Assembly: GCA_964016885.1 (NCBI GenBank)
Contig: OZ024740.1
Span: 41,540,001-41,604,000, forward strand
Length of the DNA stretch: 64,000 bases
DNA from: Eledone cirrhosa
Taxonomy: Eukaryota
Direction: 5' to 3'
Shown here: positions 31,701-46,400 of the stretch, one piece after another
How the letters are laid out: every line of letters begins with the position of its first letter
How positions within the stretch are numbered: position 1 is the stretch's first letter
Notes under the pieces: model-generated
What the model saw: the letters and a program-made list of their open reading frames with translations, nothing else
What the model was told of the DNA's origin: nothing
The model's database searches: none
Translations under genes and position numbers: made by a program

Positions 31701-34700
31701 ACTCCATGTTTCAGATACAACTCCATGTTTCAGATATAACTCCATCTTTCAGATATAACTCAACCTTTCAGATATAAATCCATGTTTCAGATATAACTCC
31801 ATCTTTCATATATAACTCCATGTTTCAGATATAACTCCATGTTTCAGATATAACTCCCTGTTTCAGATATAACTCCATGTATCAGATATAACTCCATGTT
31901 TCAGATATAACTCCATGTTTCAGATATAACTCCATCTTTCAGATATAACTCCATGTTTCAGATATAACTCCATGTTTCAGATATAACCCCATCTTTCAGA
32001 TAACTCACTGTTTTAGATATAACTCCATATTTCAGATATTACTCCATCTTTCAGATATAACTCCATCTTTCAGATATAACTCCATCTTTCAGATATAACT
32101 CCATGTTTCAGATATAACTCCATCTTTCAGATATAACTCCATGTTTCAGATACAACTCCATGTTTCAGATATAACTCCATCTTTCAGATATAACTCAACC
32201 TTTCAGATATAACTCCATCTTTCAGATATAACTCCCTCTTTCAGATATAACTCTATCTTTCAGATATAACTCCCTGTTTCAGATATAACTCCATGTTTCA
32301 GATATAACTCCATATTTCCGACATAACTCCATCTTTCAGATATAACTCCATGTTTCAGATATAACTCCATCTTTCAGATATAACTCCCTGTTTCAGCTAT
32401 AACTCCATGTTTCAAATATAACTCCATCTTTCAGATATAACTCCCTGTTTCAGATATAACTCCATGTTTCAGATATAACTCCATGTTTCAGATATAACTC
32501 CATCTTTCAGATATAACTCCCTGTTTCAGATATAACTCCATCTTTCAGATATAACTCTATCTTTCAGATATAACTCCATGTTTTCAGATATAACTCCATG
32601 TTTCAGATATAACTCCATGTTTCAGATATAACTCCATGTTTTCAGATATAACTCCATATTTCAGATATAACTCCATCTTTCATATATAACTCCCTGTTTC
32701 AGATATAACTCCATCTTTCATATATAACTCCCTGTTTCAGATATAACTCCATGTTTCACATATAACTCCATGTTTCAGACATAACTCCATGTTTCAGATA
32801 TATCTCCATCTTTCAGATATAACTCCATCTTTCAGATATAACTCAACCTTTCAGATATAACTCCATGTTTCAGACATAACTCCATGTTTCAGATATATCT
32901 CCATCTTTCAGATATAACTCCATGTTTCAGATATAACTCCATCTTTCAGATACAACTCCATGTTTCAGATATAACTCCATCTTTCAGATATAACTCAACC
33001 TTTCAGATATAACTCCATGTTTCAGATATAACTCCATCTTTCATATATAACTCCATGTTTCAGATATAACTCCATGTTTCAGATATAACTCCCTGTTTCA
33101 GATATAACTCCATGTATCAGATATAACTCCATGTTTCAGATATAACTCCATCTTTCAGATATAACTCAACCTTTCAGATATAACTCCATGTTTCAGACAT
33201 AACTCCATGTTTCAGATATATCTCCATCTTTCAGATATAACTCCATGTTTCAGATATAACTCCATCTTTCAGATACAACTCCATGTTTCAGATATAACTC
33301 CATCTTTCAGATATAACTCAACCTTTCAGATATAACTCCATGTTTCAGATATAACTCCATCTTTCATATATAACTCCATGTTTCAGATATAACTCCATGT
33401 TTCAGATATAACTCCCTGTTTCAGATATAACTCCATGTATCAGATATAACTCCATGTTTCAGATATAACTCCATCTTTCAGATATAACTCCATGTTTCAG
33501 ATATAACTCCATGTTTCAGATATAACTCCATGTTTCAGATATAACTCCATGTTTCAGTTATAACTCCATGTTTGAGATATAACTCCATGTATCAGATATA
33601 ACTCCATATTTCAGATATAACTCCATCTTTCATATATAACTCCATGTTTCAGATATAACTCCATCTTTCAGATATAACTCCATGTTTCAGATATAACTCC
33701 ATATTTCAGATATTACTCCATGTTTCAGATGTAACTCCATGTTTCAGATATAACTCCATCTTTCAGATATATCTCTATGATTCATATATAACTCCATCTT
33801 TCAGATATAACTCCATGTTTCAGATACAACTCCATGTTTCAGATATAACTCCATCTTTCAGATATAACTCCATCTTTCAGATATAACTCAACCTTTCAGA
33901 TATAACTCCATCTTTCAGATATAACTCCATCTTTCAGATATAACTCCATCTTTCAGATATAGCTCCCTGTTTCAGATATAACTCCATGTTTCAGATATAA
34001 CTCCCTGTTTCAGATATAACTCCATCTTTCAGATATAACTCCATCTTTCAGATATAACTCCATCTTTCAGATATAACTCCATCTTTCAGATATAACTCCA
34101 TCTTTCAGATATAACTCCATGTTTCAGATATAACTCCATCTTTCAGATATAACTCCCTGTTTCAGATATAACTCCATGTTTCAGATATAACTCCCTGTCT
34201 CAGATATAACTCCATGTTTCATATACAACTCCATGTTTCAGATATAACTCCATGTTTCAGATATAACTCTATCTTTCAGATATAACTCCATGTTTTCAGA
34301 TATAACTCCATGTTTCAGATATAACTCCATGTTTCAGATATAACTCCATGTTTTCAGATATAACTCCATATTTCAGATATAACTCCATCTTTCATATATA
34401 ACTCCCTGTTTCAGATATAACTCCATGTTTCAGATATAACTCCATGTTTCAGACATAACTCCATGTTTCAGATATAACTCCATGTTTCAGATATAACTCC
34501 ATCTTTCAGATATAACTCCCTGTTTCAGATATAACTCCATCTTTCAGATATAACTCCATCTTTCATATATAACTACCTGTTTCAGATATAACTCCACGTT
34601 TCAGATATAACTCCATGTTTCAGACATAACTCCATGTTTCAGATATATCTCCATCTTTCAGATATAACTCCATGTTTCAGATTTAACTCCATCTTTCAGA

Positions 34701-36420
34701 TATAACTCCATGTTTCAGATATAACTCCATGTTTCAGATATAACTCCATCTTTCAGATATAACTCCATGTTTCAGATATAACTCCATGTTTCAGATATAA
34801 CTCCATCTTTCAGAAAACTCCCTGTTTTAGATATAACTCCATATTTCAGATATTACTCCATGTTTCAGATATAACTCCATCTTTCAGATATAACTCCATC
34901 TTTCAGATATAACTCCATGTTTCAGATATAACTCCATCTTTCAGATATAACTCCATGTTTCAGATACAACTCCATGTTTCAGATATAACTCCATCTTTCA
35001 GATATAACTCCATCTTTCAGATATAACTCCATGTTTTCAGATATAACTCCATATTTCAGATATAACTCCATCTTTCATATATAACTCCCTGTTTCAGATA
35101 TAACTCCATCTTTCATATATAACTCCCTGTTTCAGATATAACTCCATGTTTCAGATATAACTCCATGTTTCAGACATAACTCCATGTTTCAGATATATCT
35201 CCATCTTTCAGATATAACTCCATGTTTCAGATATAACTCCATCTTTCAGATATAACTCCATGTTTTCAGATATAACTCCATGTTTCAGATACAACTCCAT
35301 GTTTCAGATATAACTCCATCTTTCAGATATAACTCAACCTTTCAGATATAACTCCATGTTTCAGATATAACTCCATCTTTCATATATAACTCCATGTTTC
35401 AGATATAACTCCATGTTTCAGATATAACTCCCTGTTTCAGATATAACTCCATGTATCAGATATAACTCCATCTTTCAGATATAACTCCATGTTTCAGATA
35501 TAACTCCATGTTTCAGATATAACTCCATCTTTCAGATATAACTCCATGTTTCAGATATAACTCCATGTTTCAGATATAACCCCATCTTTCAGATAACTCA
35601 CTGTTTTAGATATAACTCCATATTTCAGATATTACTCCATCTTTCAGATATAACTCCATCTTTCAGATATAACTCCATCTTTCAGATATAACTCCATGTT
35701 TCAGATATAACTCCATCTTTCAGATATAACTCCATGTTTCAGATACAACTCCATGTTTCAGATATAACTCCATCTTTCAGATATAACTCAACCTTTCAGA
35801 TATAACTCCATCTTTCAGATATAACTCCCTCTTTCAGATATAACTCTATCTTTCAGATATAACTCCCTGTTTCAGATATAACTCCATGTTTCAGATATAA
35901 CTCCATATTTCCGACATAACTCCATCTTTCAGATATAACTCCATGTTTCAGATATAACTCCATCTTTCAGATATAACTCCCTGTTTCAGCTATAACTCCA
36001 TGTTTCAAATATAACTCCATCTTTCAGATATAACTCCCTGTTTCAGATATAACTCCATGTTTCAGATATAACTCCATGTTTCAGATATAACTCCATCTTT
36101 CAGATATAACTCCCTGTTTCAGATATAACTCCATCTTTCAGATATAACTCTATCTTTCAGATATAACTCCATGTTTTCAGATATAACTCCATGTTTCAGA
36201 TATAACTCCATGTTTCAGATATAACTCCATGTTTTCAGATATAACTCCATATTTCAGATATAACTCCATCTTTCATATATAACTCCCTGTTTCAGATATA
36301 ACTCCATCTTTCATATATAACTCCCTGTTTCAGATATAACTCCATGTTTCACATATAACTCCATGTTTCAGACATAACTCCATGTTTCAGATATATCTCC
36401 ATCTTTCAGATATAACTCCA
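22010..36420 (+). repeat. Four near-identical tandem copies of a 3.6-4.0 kb higher-order block
   Basis: CTCTATGATTC at 22576, 26587, 30199 and 33773 and GAAAACTCC at 23616, 27627, 31239 and 34813 give the same spacings: 4011, 3612 and 3574. Boundaries are approximate. Confidence 0.88.
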
Positions 36421-39400
36421 TGTTTCAGATATAACTCCATCTTTCAGATATAACTCCATGTTTTCAGATATAACTCCATGTTTCAGATACAACTCCATGT
36501 TTCAGATATAACTCCATCTTTCAGATATAACTCAACCTTTCAGATATAACTCCATGTTTTCAGATATAACTCCATATTTCAGATATAACTCCATCTTTCA
36601 TATATAACTACCTGTTTCAGATATAACTCCACGTTTCAGATATAACTCCATGTTTCAGACATAACTCCATGTTTCAGATATATCTCCATCTTTCAGATAT
36701 AACTCCATGTTTCAGATTTGACTCCATCTTTCAGATATAACTCCATGTTTCAGATATAACTCCATGTTTCAGATATAACTCCATCTTTCAGATATAACTC
36801 CATGTTTCAGATATAACTCCATGTTTCATATATAACTCCATCTTTCAGAAAACTCCCTGTTTTAGATATAACTCCATATTTCAGATATTACTCCATGTTT
36901 CAGATATAACTCCATCTTTCATATATAACTCCATGTTTCAGATATAACTCCATATTTCAGATATAACTCAACCTTTCAGATATAACTCCATATTTCAGAT
37001 ATAACTCCATCTTTCATATATATCTCCATGTTTCAGATATAACTCCATGTTTCAGATATAACTCCCTGTTTCAGATATAACTCCATGTAACAGATATAAC
37101 TCCATGTTTCAGATATAACTCCATCTTTCAGATATAACTCCATGTTTCAGATATAACTCCATGTTTCAGATATAACTCCATGTTTCAGATATAACTCCAT
37201 GTTTCAGTTATAACTCCATCTTTCAGATATAACTCCATGTTTCAGATATAACTCCATCTTTCAGATATAACTCCATGTTTCAGATATAACTCCATGTTTC
37301 AGATATAACTCCATCTTTCAGATATAACTCCATGTTTCAGATATAACTCCATGTTTCAGATATAACCCCATCTTTCAGATAACTCACTGTTTTAGATATA
37401 ACTCCATATTTCAGATATTACTCCATCTTTCAGATATAACTCCATCTTTCAGATATAACTCCATCTTTCAGATATAACTCCATGTTTCAGATATAACTCC
37501 ATCTTTCAGATATAACTCCATGTTTCAGATACAACTCCATGTTTCAGATATAACTCCATCTTTCAGATATAACTCAACCTTTCAGATATAACTCCATCTT
37601 TCAGATATAACTCCCTCTTTCAGATATAACTCTATCTTTCAGATATAACTCCCTGTTTCAGATATAACTCCATGTTTCAGATATAACTCCATATTTCCGA
37701 CATAACTCCATCTTTCAGATATAACTCCATGTTTCAGATATAACTCCATCTTTCAGATATAACTCCCTGTTTCAGCTATAACTCCATGTTTCAAATATAA
37801 CTCCATCTTTCAGATATAACTCCCTGTTTCAGATATAACTCCATGTTTCAGATATAACTCCATGTTTCAGATATAACTCCATCTTTCAGATATAACTCCC
37901 TGTTTCAGATATAACTCCATCTTTCAGATATAACTCTATCTTTCAGATATAACTCCATGTTTTCAGATATAACTCCATGTTTCAGATATAACTCCATGTT
38001 TCAGATATAACTCCATGTTTTCAGATATAACTCCATATTTCAGATATAACTCCATCTTTCATATATAACTCCCTGTTTCAGATATAACTCCATCTTTCAT
38101 ATATAACTCCCTGTTTCAGATATAACTCCATGTTTCACATATAACTCCATGTTTCAGACATAACTCCATGTTTCAGATATATCTCCATCTTTCAGATATA
38201 ACTCCATGTTTCAGATATAACTCCATCTTTCAGATATAACTCCATGTTTTCAGATATAACTCCATGTTTCAGATACAACTCCATGTTTCAGATATAACTC
38301 CATCTTTCAGATATAACTCAACCTTTCAGATATAACTCCATGTTTTCAGATATAACTCCATATTTCAGATATAACTCCATCTTTCATATATAACTACCTG
38401 TTTCAGATATAACTCCACGTTTCAGATATAACTCCATGTTTCAGACATAACTCCATGTTTCAGATATATCTCCATCTTTCAGATATAACTCCATGTTTCA
38501 GATTTGACTCCATCTTTCAGATATAACTCCATGTTTCAGATATAACTCCATGTTTCAGATATAACTCCATCTTTCAGATATAACTCCATGTTTCAGATAT
38601 AACTCCATGTTTCATATATAACTCCATCTTTCAGAAAACTCCCTGTTTTAGATATAACTCCATATTTCAGATATTACTCCATGTTTCAGATATAACTCCA
38701 TCTTTCATATATAACTCCATGTTTCAGATATAACTCCATATTTCAGATATAACTCAACCTTTCAGATATAACTCCATATTTCAGATATAACTCCATCTTT
38801 CATATATATCTCCATGTTTCAGATATAACTCCATGTTTCAGATATAACTCCCTGTTTCAGATATAACTCCATGTAACAGATATAACTCCATGTTTCAGAT
38901 ATAACTCCATCTTTCAGATATAACTCCATGTTTCAGATATAACTCCATGTTTCAGATATAACTCCATGTTTCAGATATAACTCCATGTTTCAGTTATAAC
39001 TCCATCTTTCAGATATAACTCCATGTTTCAGATATAACTCCATCTTTCAGATATAACTCCATGTTTCAGATATAACTCCATGTTTCAGATATAACTCCAT
39101 CTTTCAGATATAACTCCATGTTTCAGATATAACTCCATGTTTCAGATATAACCCCATCTTTCAGATAACTCACTGTTTTAGATATAACTCCATATTTCAG
39201 ATATTACTCCATCTTTCAGATATAACTCCATCTTTCAGATATAACTCCATCTTTCAGATATAACTCCATGTTTCAGATATAACTCCATCTTTCAGATATA
39301 ACTCCATGTTTCAGATACAACTCCATGTTTCAGATATAACTCCATCTTTCAGATATAACTCAACCTTTCAGATATAACTCCATCTTTCAGATATAACTCC

Positions 39401-39822
39401 CTCTTTCAGATATAACTCTATCTTTCAGATATAACTCCCTGTTTCAGATATAACTCCATGTTTCAGATATAACTCCATATTTCCGACATAACTCCATCTT
39501 TCAGATATAACTCCATGTTTCAGATATAACTCCATCTTTCAGATATAACTCCCTGTTTCAGCTATAACTCCATGTTTCAAATATAACTCCATCTTTCAGA
39601 TATAACTCCCTGTTTCAGATATAACTCCATGTTTCAGATATAACTCCATGTTTCAGATATAACTCCATCTTTCAGATATAACTCCCTGTTTCAGATATAA
39701 CTCCATCTTTCAGATATAACTCTATCTTTCAGATATAACTCCATGTTTTCAGATATAACTCCATGTTTCAGATATAACTCCATGTTTCAGATATAACTCC
39801 ATGTTTTCAGATATAACTCCAT
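35456..39822 (+). repeat. 1786-bp (94-monomer) unit, about 2.4 tandem copies
   Basis: CCCCATC..CTCACTG at 35580, 37366 and 39152, and the private variant GATTTGACT at 36715 and 38501, all spaced 1786. Confidence 0.88.
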
Positions 39823-42800
39823 CTTTCAGATATAACTCCCTGTTTCAGATATAACTCCATGTTTCAGATATAACTCCATGTTTCAGACATAACTCCATGT
39901 TTCAGATATATCTCCATCTTTCAGATATAACTCCATGTTTCAGATATAACTCCATCTTTCAGATACAACTCCATGTTTCAGATATAACTCCATCTTTCAG
40001 ATATAACTCAACCTTTCAGATATAACTCCATGTTTCAGATATAACTCCATCTTTCATATATAACTCCATGTTTCAGATATAACTCCATGTTTCAGATATA
40101 ACTCCCTGTTTCAGATATAACTCCATGTATCAGATATAACTCCATGTTTCAGATATAACTCCATCTTTCAGATATAACTCCATGTTTCAGATATAACTCC
40201 ATGTTTCAGATATAACTCCATGTTTCAGATATAACTCCATGTTTCAGTTATAACTCCATGTTTGAGATATAACTCCATGTATCAGATATAACTCCATATT
40301 TCAGATATAACTCCATCTTTCATATATAACTCCATGTTTCAGATATAACTCCATCTTTCAGATATAACTCCATGTTTCAGATATAACTCCATATTTCAGA
40401 TATTACTCCATGTTTCAGATGTAACTCCATGTTTCAGATATAACTCCATCTTTCAGATATATCTCTATGATTCATATATAACTCCATCTTTCAGATATAA
40501 CTCCATGTTTCAGATACAACTCCATGTTTCAGATATAACTCCATCTTTCAGATATAACTCCATCTTTCAGATATAACTCAACCTTTCAGATATAACTCCA
40601 TCTTTCAGATATAACTCCATCTTTCAGATATAACTCCATCTTTCAGATATAGCTCCCTGTTTCAGATATAACTCCATGTTTCAGATATAACTCCCTGTTT
40701 CAGATATAACTCCATCTTTCAGATATAACTCCATCTTTCAGATATAACTCCATCTTTCAGATATAACTCCATCTTTCAGATATAACTCCATCTTTCAGAT
40801 ATAACTCCATGTTTCAGATGTAACTCCATCTTTCAGATATAACTCCGTTTCAGATATAACTCCATGTTTCAGATATAACTCCCTGTCTCAGATATAACTC
40901 CATGTTTCATATACAACTCCATGTTTCAGATATAACTCCATGTTTCAGATATAACTCTATCTTTCAGATATAACTCCATGTTTTCAGATATAACTCCATG
41001 TTTCAGATATAACTCCATGTTTCAGATATAACTCCATGTTTTCAGATATAACTCCATATTTCAGATATAACTCCATCTTTCATATATAACTCCCTGTTTC
41101 ACATATAACTCCATGTTTCAGATATAACTCCATGTTTCAGACATAACTCCATGTTTCAGATATAACTCCATGTTTCAGATATAACTCCATCTTTCAGATA
41201 TAACTCCCTGTTTCAGATATAACTCCATCTTTCAGATATAACTCTATCTTTCAGATATAACTCCATGTTTTCAAATATAACTCCATGTTTCAGATATAAC
41301 TCCCTGTTTCAGATATAACTCCATGTTTTCAGATATAACTCCATATTTCAGATATAACTCCATCTTTCATATATAACTACCTGTTTCAGATATAACTCCA
41401 CGTTTCAGATATAACTCCATGTTTCAGACATAACTCCATGTTTCAGATATATCTCCATCTTTCAGATATAACTCCATGTTTCAGATTTAACTCCATCTTT
41501 CAGATATAACTCCATGTTTCAGATATAACTCCATGTTTCAGATATAACTCCATCTTTCAGATATAACTCCATGTTTCAGATATAACTCCATGTTTCAGAT
41601 ATAACTCCATCTTTCAGATATAACTCCATGTTTCAGATATAACTCCATGTTTTCAGATATAACTCCATCTTTCAGATATAACTCCCTGTTTCAGATATAA
41701 CTCCATGTTTCAGATATAACTCCATGTTTCAGACATAACTCCATGTTTCAGATATATCTCCATCTTTCAGATATAACTCCATGTTTCAGATATAACTCCA
41801 TCTTTCAGATACAACTCCATGTTTCAGATATAACTCCATCTTTCAGATATAACTCAACCTTTCAGATATAACTCCATGTTTCAGATATAACTCCATCTTT
41901 CATATATAACTCCATGTTTCAGATATAACTCCATGTTTCAGATATAACTCCCTGTTTCAGATATAACTCCATGTATCAGATATAACTCCATGTTTCAGAT
42001 ATAACTCCATCTTTCAGATATAACTCCATGTTTCAGATATAACTCCATGTTTCAGATATAACTCCATGTTTCAGATATAACTCCATGTTTCAGTTATAAC
42101 TCCATGTTTGAGATATAACTCCATGTATCAGATATAACTCCATATTTCAGATATAACTCCATCTTTCATATATAACTCCATGTTTCAGATATAACTCCAT
42201 CTTTCAGATATAACTCCATGTTTCAGATATAACTCCATATTTCAGATATTACTCCATGTTTCAGATGTAACTCCATGTTTCAGATATAACTCCATCTTTC
42301 AGATATATCTCTATGATTCATATATAACTCCATCTTTCAGATATAACTCCATGTTTCAGATACAACTCCATGTTTCAGATATAACTCCATCTTTCAGATA
42401 TAACTCCATCTTTCAGATATAACTCAACCTTTCAGATATAACTCCATCTTTCAGATATAACTCCATCTTTCAGATATAACTCCATCTTTCAGATATAGCT
42501 CCCTGTTTCAGATATAACTCCATGTTTCAGATATAACTCCCTGTTTCAGATATAACTCCATCTTTCAGATATAACTCCATCTTTCAGATATAACTCCATC
42601 TTTCAGATATAACTCCATCTTTCAGATATAACTCCATCTTTCAGATATAACTCCATGTTTCAGATGTAACTCCATCTTTCAGATATAACTCCCTGTTTCA
42701 GATATAACTCCATGTTTCAGATATAACTCCCTGTCTCAGATATAACTCCATGTTTCATATACAACTCCATGTTTCAGATATAACTCCATGTTTCAGATAT

Positions 42801-43466
42801 AACTCTATCTTTCAGATATAACTCCATGTTTTCAGATATAACTCCATGTTTCAGATATAACTCCATGTTTCAGATATAACTCCATGTTTTCAGATATAAC
42901 TCCATATTTCAGATATAACTCCATCTTTCATATATAACTCCCTGTTTCACATATAACTCCATGTTTCAGATATAACTCCATGTTTCAGACATAACTCCAT
43001 GTTTCAGATATAACTCCATGTTTCAGATATAACTCCATCTTTCAGATATAACTCCCTGTTTCAGATATAACTCCATCTTTCAGATATAACTCTATCTTTC
43101 AGATATAACTCCATGTTTTCAAATATAACTCCATGTTTCAGATATAACTCCCTGTTTCAGATATAACTCCATGTTTTCAGATATAACTCCATATTTCAGA
43201 TATAACTCCATCTTTCATATATAACTACCTGTTTCAGATATAACTCCACGTTTCAGATATAACTCCATGTTTCAGACATAACTCCATGTTTCAGATATAT
43301 CTCCATCTTTCAGATATAACTCCATGTTTCAGATTTAACTCCATCTTTCAGATATAACTCCATGTTTCAGATATAACTCCATGTTTCAGATATAACTCCA
43401 TCTTTCAGATATAACTCCATGTTTCAGATATAACTCCATGTTTCAGATATAACTCCATCTTTCAGA
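39766..43466 (+). repeat. Tandem duplication at offset 1846/1848 bp (about 97 monomers)
   Basis: CTCTATGA 40463/42309 (+1846) and GATTTAA 41484/43332 (+1848). The shift is explained by a 2-bp deletion in the first copy (AACTCCGTTT at 40841). Confidence 0.85.
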
Positions 43467-46400
43467 AAACTCCCTGTTTTAGATATAACTCCATATTTCA
43501 GATATTACTCCATGTTTCAGATATAACTCCATCTTTCAGATATAACTCCATCTTTCAGATATAACTCCATGTTTCAGATATAACTCCATCTTTCAGATAT
43601 AACTCCATGTTTCAGATACAACTCCATGTTTCAGATATAACTCCATCTTTCAGATATAACTCCATCTTTCAGATATAACTCAACTTTTCAGATATAACTC
43701 CATCTTTCAGATATAACTCCATGTTTTCAGATATAACTCCATATTTCAGATATAACTCCATCTTTCATATATAACTCCCTGTTTCAGATATAACTCCATC
43801 TTTCATATATAACTCCCTGTTTCAGATATAACTCCATGTTTCAGATATAACTCCATGTTTCAGACATAACTCCATGTTTCAGATATATCTCCATCTTTCA
43901 GATATAACTCCATGTTTCAGATATAACTCCATCTTTCAGATATAACTCCATGTTTTCAGATATAACTCCATGTTTCAGATACAACTCCATGTTTCAGATA
44001 TAACTCCATCTTTCAGATATAACTCAACCTTTCAGATATAACTCCATGTTTCAGATATAACTCCATCTTTCATATATAACTCCATGTTTCAGATATAACT
44101 CCATGTTTCAGATATAACTCCCTGTTTCAGATATAACTCCATGTATCAGATATAACTCCATGTTTCAGATATAACTCCATGTTTCAGATATAACTCCATC
44201 TTTCAGATATAACTCCATGTTTCAGATATAACTCCATGTTTCAGATATAACCCCATCTTTCAGATAACTCACTGTTTTAGATATAACTCCATATTTCAGA
44301 TATTACTCCATCTTTCAGATATAACTCCATCTTTCAGATATAACTCCATCTTTCAGATATAACTCCATGTTTCAGATATAACTCCATCTTTCAGATATAA
44401 CTCCATGTTTCAGATACAACTCCATGTTTCAGATATAACTCCATCTTTCAGATATAACTCAACCTTTCAGATATAACTCCATCTTTCAGATATAACTCCC
44501 TCTTTCAGATATAACTCTATCTTTCAGATATAACTCCCTGTTTCAGATATAACTCCATGTTTCAGATATAACTCCATATTTCCGACATAACTCCATCTTT
44601 CAGATATAACTCCATGTTTCAGATATAACTCCATCTTTCAGATATAACTCCCTGTTTCAGCTATAACTCCATGTTTCAAATATAACTCCATCTTTCAGAT
44701 ATAACTCCCTGTTTCAGATATAACTCCATGTTTCAGATATAACTCCATGTTTCAGATATAACTCCATCTTTCAGATATAACTCCCTGTTTCAGATATAAC
44801 TCCATCTTTCAGATATAACTCTATCTTTCAGATATAACTCCATGTTTTCAGATATAACTCCATGTTTCAGATATAACTCCATGTTTCAGATATAACTCCA
44901 TGTTTTCAGATATAACTCCATATTTCAGATATAACTCCATCTTTCATATATAACTCCCTGTTTCAGATATAACTCCATCTTTCATATATAACTCCCTGTT
45001 TCAGATATAACTCCATGTTTCACATATAACTCCATGTTTCAGACATAACTCCATGTTTCAGATATATCTCCATCTTTCAGATATAACTCCATGTTTCAGA
45101 TATAACTCCATCTTTCAGATATAACTCCATGTTTTCAGATATAACTCCATGTTTCAGATACAACTCCATGTTTCAGATATAACTCCATCTTTCAGATATA
45201 ACTCAACCTTTCAGATATAACTCCATGTTTCAGATATAACTCCATCTTTCATATATAACTCCATGTTTCAGATATAACTCCATGTTTCAGATATAACTCC
45301 CTGTTTCAGATATAACTTCATGTATCAGATATAACTCCATGTTTCAGATATAACTCCATGTTTCAGATATAACTCCATGTTTCAGTTATAAGTCCATGTT
45401 TGAGATATAACTCCATGTATCATATATAACTCCATATTTCAGATATAACTCCATCTTTCATATATAACTCCATGTTTCAGATATAACTCCATCTTTCAGA
45501 TATAACTCCATGTTTCAGATATAACTCCATATTTCAGATATTACTCCATGTTTCAGATGTAACTCCATGTTTCAGATATAACTCCATCTTTCAGATATAT
45601 CTCTATGATTCATATATAACTCCATCTTTCAGATATAACTCCATGTTTCAGATACAACTCCATGTTTCAGATATAACTCCATCTTTCAGATATAACTCCA
45701 TCTTTCAGATATAACTCAACCTTTCAGATATAACTCCATCTTTCAGATATAACTCCATGTTTCAGATATAACTCCATCTTTCAGATATAACTCCCTGTTT
45801 CAGATATAACTCCATGTTTCAGATATAACTCCCTTTTTCAGATATAACTCCATGTTTCAGATATAACTCCATCTTTCAGATATAACTCCATCTTTCAGAT
45901 ATAACTCCATCTTTCAGATATAACTCCATCTTTCAGATATAACTCCATGTTTCAGATATAACTCCCTGTCTCAGATATAACTCCATGTTTCATATACAAC
46001 TCCATGTTTCAGATATAACTCCATCTTTCAGATATAACTCTATCTTTCAGATATAACTCCATGTTTTCAGATATAACTCCATGTTTCAGATATAACTCCA
46101 TGTTTCAGATATAACTCCATGTTTTCAGATATAACTCCATATTTCAGATATAACTCCATCTTTCATATATAACTCCCTGTTTCAGATATAACTCCATGTT
46201 TCAGATATAACTCCATGTTTCAGATACAACTCCATGTTTCAGATATAACTCCATCTTTCAGATATAACTCAACCTTTCAGATATAACTCCATGTTTCAGA
46301 TATAACTCCATCTTTCATATATAACTCCATGTTTCAGATATAACTCCATGTTTCAGATATAACTCCCTGTTTCAGATATAACTTCATGTATCAGATATAA

